A DNA stretch of 32,000 nucleotides, taken from Halalkalibacterium halodurans. Its GTDB lineage: Bacteria > Bacillota > Bacilli > Bacillales > Bacillaceae_D. The stretch is from positions 1,628 to 33,627 of the forward strand of contig NZ_SNUY01000017.1 of assembly GCF_004376175.1 (NCBI RefSeq), in the 5' to 3' direction. Positions 27,872-32,000 of this stretch are shown piece by piece. The notes beneath the pieces were generated by a model. It was not told the origin of the DNA. It saw only the letters and a program-made list of their open reading frames with translations, and did no database searches. The position numbers were made by a program, and so were the translations under genes. Numbering within the stretch: position 1 is the first letter of the stretch; the number at the start of each line of letters is the position of its first letter.

Positions 27872-30800
27872 TTAGGAAACCGAATTAACTGGAGACGGTT
27901 GTTTTTTTACATCCGCCAGTGAAGCCAAGAGCGTTTCTGTTACTTCCAGCAATTGATTTGTCCCTAGCTGCTTTGTTTTTAACGTTAATTTTATTCGCTC
28001 ACCTTCAGTCCCAAGACCAACTTGCTGATCGAGCTTATGAATGACTTCAAACAGCTTAGCGCCATCAATCCCTTCTGTCGTTTCTGGCGAAAGGAGAATA
28101 ATCCATTGACCCTTTGACTCCACAATGCTTTCGACGCCTTCTTGATAGGCTAAAATTTTTATCGTCGTTAGCTGTAGAAGGTCACTTACTTCTTGAGGAT
28201 ATTCACCGAACCGATCAAACATTTCGTCCTTTAAGTCGTTGATCTCTTCAATCGTCTCGACCCCACGGAACCGTTTGTACATTTCAATTTTTTGCTTTGC
28301 GTCTTGAATGTATGAATCCGGTATATAAGCATCCACTTGTACATCAATTTCCACGTTTCGTGGTTCTTCTTTCGGCTGTTCGCCTTTTCGTTTTTCAATG
28401 GCTTCCTTCAACATTTGTGAGTATAGATCAAAGCCAACCGATTCAATAAAACCATGCTGCTGCGCGCCAAGCAAATTACCGGCACCACGGATCGCTAAAT
28501 CTCGCATCGCTATTTTAAATCCAGACCCGAGCTCCGTGAATTCCTTAATGGCTTGGAGTCGCTTTTCTGCAACTTCGGACAACACTTTGTCACGCTGATA
28601 CGTGAAATAGGCGTAAGCCACCCGATTGGAGCGTCCGACCCGTCCGCGGATTTGATACAGTTGGGACAAGCCCATTTTATCGGCACCGTGGATGATGAGC
28701 GTGTTAACATTTGGAATGTCCACACCTGTTTCAATAATGGTCGTCGTTACTAACACATCGCTCTCCCCTTCTAAGAAGGCGAGCATAATCGACTCTAATT
28801 CGCTTTCTTTCATTTGCCCGTGGGCAAAAGACACTCGGGCATCTGGGACGAGCATAGAGATTTCATTTGCCATTCGCTCGATGTTTTCCACACGATTGTA
28901 AAGAAAATACACTTGTCCACCACGGGATAGTTCACGCTCAATCGCTTCTCGCACAAGAGGGCTGTTATATTCTACCACATAGGTTTGCACCGGAAAGCGG
29001 TTCTCTGGTGGTGTTTCGATGACAGAAAGATCACGGACGCCGAGCATCGACATGTGAAGTGTTCGCGGGATCGGGGTTGCCGTTAATGTTAGAACGTCAA
29101 TATTTGCCTTTAACTGTTTAATTTTCTCCTTGTGCGTCACCCCAAAGCGCTGCTCCTCATCGACAATGAGCAAGCCGAGATCTTTGAACTGAACATCCTT
29201 GGACAGCAGACGATGGGTACCGACCACAAGGTCAACCGATCCTGCTTTTAGTCCTTTAAGCGTTTGTGACTGTTCCTTTCGAGAACGAAAACGACTAAGA
29301 ACCCCAATGTTAATTGGATAATCAGCGAAGCGCTCCTGGATCGTCTCAAAATGTTGCTGCGCTAAGATGGTCGTTGGCACGAGAATCGCCACTTGCTTTC
29401 CGTTCATAATGGCCTTGAAAGCAGCGCGAATCGCCACCTCTGTTTTCCCATAGCCAACGTCACCACAAAGAAGCCGATCCATCGGACGCTCTTTTTCCAT
29501 GTCTTCTTTTATCTCTTGAATCGCTCGAAGCTGATCTTCTGTTTCTTGATATGGAAATGATGCTTCAAACTCCGCTTGCTCTGGTCCATCTGGGGCGAAT
29601 GCAAACCCTTTGCTCGCTTCTCGCTCAGCATACAGCTTGATTAAATCATCAGCAATGTCTTCCACTGATGACTGGACACGGCGCTTTACCTTTTTCCAAT
29701 CGCTTTTTCCTAGAGAGTACAGCTTTGGATCTTTATCTTCGGCGCCCACATATTTTTGCACTTGATCGATTTGTTCTACAGGAACGTATAGTTTATCGTT
29801 ACCTGCATAGCGAATGTGTAAATAATCCTTGTGAACCCCATTAATTTCTAAGGTTTCGATTCCTAAATATTTCCCGATCCCGTGGTTCGTATGGACGACT
29901 AAATCGCCTACTTTTAACTCGCTATAGTTTTTAATTCTTTCGGCGTTCGATAGTTTTTGTTTCCGCTGTGGCCGCTTCACCTTTTTCGCAAATATTTCTT
30001 CTTCTGTAATCACCACTAGCTTGTGCAGGGTCAATTCAAAGCCGCTCGTTAATGCACCGACCATAATTTGCGCCTGACCTGGCGTAAGTGGAGCTTCCCC
30101 ATCTACAACGAGGGCTTCTATTCCTTCCTCAGCTAAGACATGGTTTAGTCGCTTCGCCCGCTCCCTCGTCGCTGCAATGAAAACGGTCGCAAATTGTGAT
30201 GAAATCCAGCGCTTAACTTCCGATTGAAGCAGTGGCATTTGTCCATGAAAGTTTTGCATCGATTTGCATTGGAAGCTAATAATATTTTGCGGATTCGTAG
30301 ACGGCACGTGACGCACGAAAAGCGACAAGTAAACGATCGGTAAGACGCCTTGCTTCATCTGCTCTAGAACTGAGTGAGCTAAGGTTACATCGTGGACAAT
30401 TTCCCCTTGTTCAATAAGCGTCGTATGCCATTCCGCCTCTTCTTTCTCTAAACTTTCGGACATTTCTTTAACCCTACTCATTTCGTCAACAAAAATGACC
30501 CCAGTGGAAGGTACGTATGAAAAAAGGCTGTACGTATCATCGTAAAAAAGAGAAATGTATTTGTACATCGATGGAAACGGATGTTTCTGCTTCAGCTCAC
30601 TAATATCAAAAGAAATTTGTTCGGTTAGTTTTTCTTTTACTTCTTTTTTCTTTACTTTTTTTAACGTTTGACTGAGACGGTCCTCTAAGCGTGATGCCCC
30701 TTGAATAAAATGCTCTTCATCCATAATGATTTCCGCCGCTGGTCCAATGACAACTTCGGATAGCGAGTCCTTTGAACGCTGGTCTTCAATCGTAAATGTC

Positions 30801-31417
30801 CGAATCGAATCAATTTCCGTGTCAAACAATTCAATTCGAATTGGGTCCTCCTCTGTTAAGGGATACAGATCAATAATGCCCCCACGGACACTACATTCTC
30901 CCGGGGTCGTCACCATATCAACACGAGTAAAACCATTGCGAACAAGCCGTCTAATCAACGACTCCAAGTCACCTATGTCATCCCCAACACTTAAACGAAT
31001 TTGGCTTTCCTTCCATAAGGAAGAAGGAGGCAATAGACGCCGCAGGCCTGCTAATGGAACGACTACGATTCCTGAAAATCCAGCTACGAGCTGATTTAAT
31101 ACGTCAATGCGTTGCGCTTTCATTTCCGGGCTAGCAATCGCAATTTCTGATGAAATCAAATCGTTAACGGGATAGAGTAGTACATGATCCGCCCCTACGA
31201 GTTCGACAAGATCCTCAAAGATTTTCTGTGCTTGATACAAATTATAGGTAATGACAAGCTGTGGCCGTCTCGTCTCCTTATATAAAGCAGCCATAACGGC
31301 AGGCCTAGCAGACCCTGACAATCCTGAGACGAGTTGTTCCTTCATATTCACTTCCAAGCCCTGTACAATCGCTTGTGTGTCTTCCTGTTCTTGAATAAAA
31401 CGTTGTAAACCTAGCAT
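27872..31417 (-). CDS. mfd: Transcription-repair coupling factor
   Basis: The protein has a UvrB-homology N-terminal region, Walker [11 protein letters not shown], the DEEQRFGV box and a TRG/translocase C-terminal region. I trimmed the start to ATG 31417 ([13 protein letters not shown]...), with AGGGGGAAAGG just upstream. Confidence 0.95.
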   Translation of the reverse strand: MLGLQRFIQEQEDTQAIVQGLEVNMKEQLVSGLSGSARPAVMAALYKETRRPQLVITYNLYQAQKIFEDLVELVGADHVLLYPVNDLISSEIAIASPEMKAQRIDVLNQLVAGFSGIVVVPLAGLRRLLPPSSLWKESQIRLSVGDDIGDLESLIRRLVRNGFTRVDMVTTPGECSVRGGIIDLYPLTEEDPIRIELFDTEIDSIRTFTIEDQRSKDSLSEVVIGPAAEIIMDEEHFIQGASRLEDRLSQTLKKVKKKEVKEKLTEQISFDISELKQKHPFPSMYKYISLFYDDTYSLFSYVPSTGVIFVDEMSRVKEMSESLEKEEAEWHTTLIEQGEIVHDVTLAHSVLEQMKQGVLPIVYLSLFVRHVPSTNPQNIISFQCKSMQNFHGQMPLLQSEVKRWISSQFATVFIAATRERAKRLNHVLAEEGIEALVVDGEAPLTPGQAQIMVGALTSGFELTLHKLVVITEEEIFAKKVKRPQRKQKLSNAERIKNYSELKVGDLVVHTNHGIGKYLGIETLEINGVHKDYLHIRYAGNDKLYVPVEQIDQVQKYVGAEDKDPKLYSLGKSDWKKVKRRVQSSVEDIADDLIKLYAEREASKGFAFAPDGPEQAEFEASFPYQETEDQLRAIQEIKEDMEKERPMDRLLCGDVGYGKTEVAIRAAFKAIMNGKQVAILVPTTILAQQHFETIQERFADYPINIGVLSRFRSRKEQSQTLKGLKAGSVDLVVGTHRLLSKDVQFKDLGLLIVDEEQRFGVTHKEKIKQLKANIDVLTLTATPIPRTLHMSMLGVRDLSVIETPPENRFPVQTYVVEYNSPLVREAIERELSRGGQVYFLYNRVENIERMANEISMLVPDARVSFAHGQMKESELESIMLAFLEGESDVLVTTTIIETGVDIPNVNTLIIHGADKMGLSQLYQIRGRVGRSNRVAYAYFTYQRDKVLSEVAEKRLQAIKEFTELGSGFKIAMRDLAIRGAGNLLGAQQHGFIESVGFDLYSQMLKEAIEKRKGEQPKEEPRNVEIDVQVDAYIPDSYIQDAKQKIEMYKRFRGVETIEEINDLKDEMFDRFGEYPQEVSDLLQLTTIKILAYQEGVESIVESKGQWIILLSPETTEGIDGAKLFEVIHKLDQQVGLGTEGERIKLTLKTKQLGTNQLLEVTETLLASLADVKKQPSPVNSVS

Positions 31418-31470
31418 ACCTTTCCCCCTAAAGCCTTCTGCTACAAGCATTTCATTAAAAACGCCTTAAA

Positions 31471-31489
31471 GCAGGGGGTCCTCCCCTGC
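31471..31489 (-). other. GC-rich hairpin in the fin-mfd spacer
   Basis: GCAGGGG (31471-31477) pairs with CCCCTGC (31483-31489) around a 5-nt loop. On the minus strand it is followed by TTTAAGGCGTTTTT. It lies 54 nt upstream of the mfd ATG. Confidence 0.45.
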
Positions 31490-31590
31490 TGTAGGTATAA
31501 ATCAATTCGCTTCATGACATTCTATGAAACTTTTGAAAATCCTCTTCCTCTTTTTTAAAAATCCTACTGATGTCACTGTTGTTTGGAAAC

Positions 31591-31619
31591 AGAAAAATGC
31601 TTTGGTCTAAAACCAAAGC
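31591..31619 (-). terminator. Intrinsic terminator of fin
   Basis: An 8-bp stem pairs GCTTTGGT (31599-31606) with ACCAAAGC (31612-31619) around a 5-nt loop. It is followed on the minus strand by ATTTTTCTGTTT. Confidence 0.75.
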
Positions 31620-31653
31620 GTTGACAAAGCCAACGAGTTCTTATGGTTGTCAT

Positions 31654-31887
31654 TTATTGAATATGTGACGTAACATCCAGTTCATATAGGTTTGGATTCC
31701 GAATGTAGGCTTCATGACAATCTTCGCAAATAACGTGAATCGTCATGTCTCCACTGTCATTATATGTCACCATCGAGGCTCTTTCCTCTTCAGTCAAATG
31801 ATGAAGTCCTAACTGTTCAGATGTATGTCTACCTTCTAATTGACCAACTTTCGTTTGACAATGGCGACATTGATAATGAATCGTCAA
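31654..31887 (-). CDS. fin: Anti-sigmaF factor Fin (YabK), small zinc-binding protein
   Basis: The 77-aa protein reads MTIHYQCRHCQTKVG...HVICEDCHEAYIRNP, with paired CxxC motifs. It resembles B. subtilis Fin as I recall it. It has a TTG start at 31887 with GGAGGGG 7 nt upstream. Confidence 0.85.
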   Translation of the reverse strand: MTIHYQCRHCQTKVGQLEGRHTSEQLGLHHLTEEERASMVTYNDSGDMTIHVICEDCHEAYIRNPNLYELDVTSHIQ

Positions 31888-31923
31888 CGCAAGTCCCCTC
31901 CGTTCTAGATCATCAGTTGCTTT

Positions 31924-31954
31924 TAGTATGAACGGAAGTGGAACGAGCTATACC
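31924..31954 (-). promoter_or_regulatory. SigmaF/sigmaG-type forespore promoter for fin
   Basis: The minus strand reads GGTATA (31954-31949), an 18-nt spacer, then CATACTA (31930-31924). The -10 is an exact match to CAHWHTA and the -35 GTATA fits GHATR. Confidence 0.55.
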
Positions 31955-31969
31955 TCATCGGATCTAGCT

Positions 31970-32000
31970 TTAATTAAATGTATTCATCACTTCAAGAAAT
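31970..32000 (-). CDS. pth: Peptidyl-tRNA hydrolase, last 9 codons plus stop (partial at window edge)
   Basis: The minus-strand frame from 31999 reads FLEVMNTFN then a stop. This resembles the C-terminal ...PFLEVMNEFN... of B. subtilis Pth as I recall it. The position upstream of fin matches synteny. The fragment is very short. Confidence 0.4.
   Translation of the reverse strand, partial: FLEVMNTFN

Overview
All credible genes are on the minus strand. The window is origin-proximal core chromosome of an endospore-forming Bacillaceae member. In reading order (high to low coordinates) it runs pth'(3' end)-fin-mfd-spoVT-yabM-yabN/mazG-yabO/rqcP-yabP-yabQ-divIC-yabR-tRNA(Met)-spoIIE-yabS-yabT-[two ThrE-family membrane genes]-tilS-hpt-ftsH-coaX-hslO-cysK-pabB-pabA-pabC-folP-folB-folK-yazB-dusB-lysS. 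This is colinear with the region I recall from Bacillus subtilis 168. It ends with the 5' ~813 nt of a group II intron inserted 8 nt after the lysS terminator stem; this intron is the only clearly mobile DNA in the window. I trimmed several ORF-track N-termini to starts that have Shine-Dalgarno sequences and fit homologue N-termini. By eye I also called intrinsic terminators, sigmaA-type promoters and forespore (sigmaF/G-type) promoters. Other regulatory calls are a spoIIE-type promoter with a 21-nt spacer and 0A-box-like repeats, and a phased array of nine NAG triplets across the pabB stop and pabA SD that looks like a TRAP binding site. I found no CRISPR array, defence island, toxin-antitoxin pair or other gene set suggesting a novel multi-gene system. 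The points worth a second look are regulatory or architectural: the intron placement, the TRAP-like array, the oversized spoIIE upstream region, a CCA-less tRNA with a U-tract-less perfect hairpin upstream, and the ThrE pair wedged into the yabT-tilS junction. No searches or folding programs were run, so all calls rest on reading the sequence and on recalled family knowledge.
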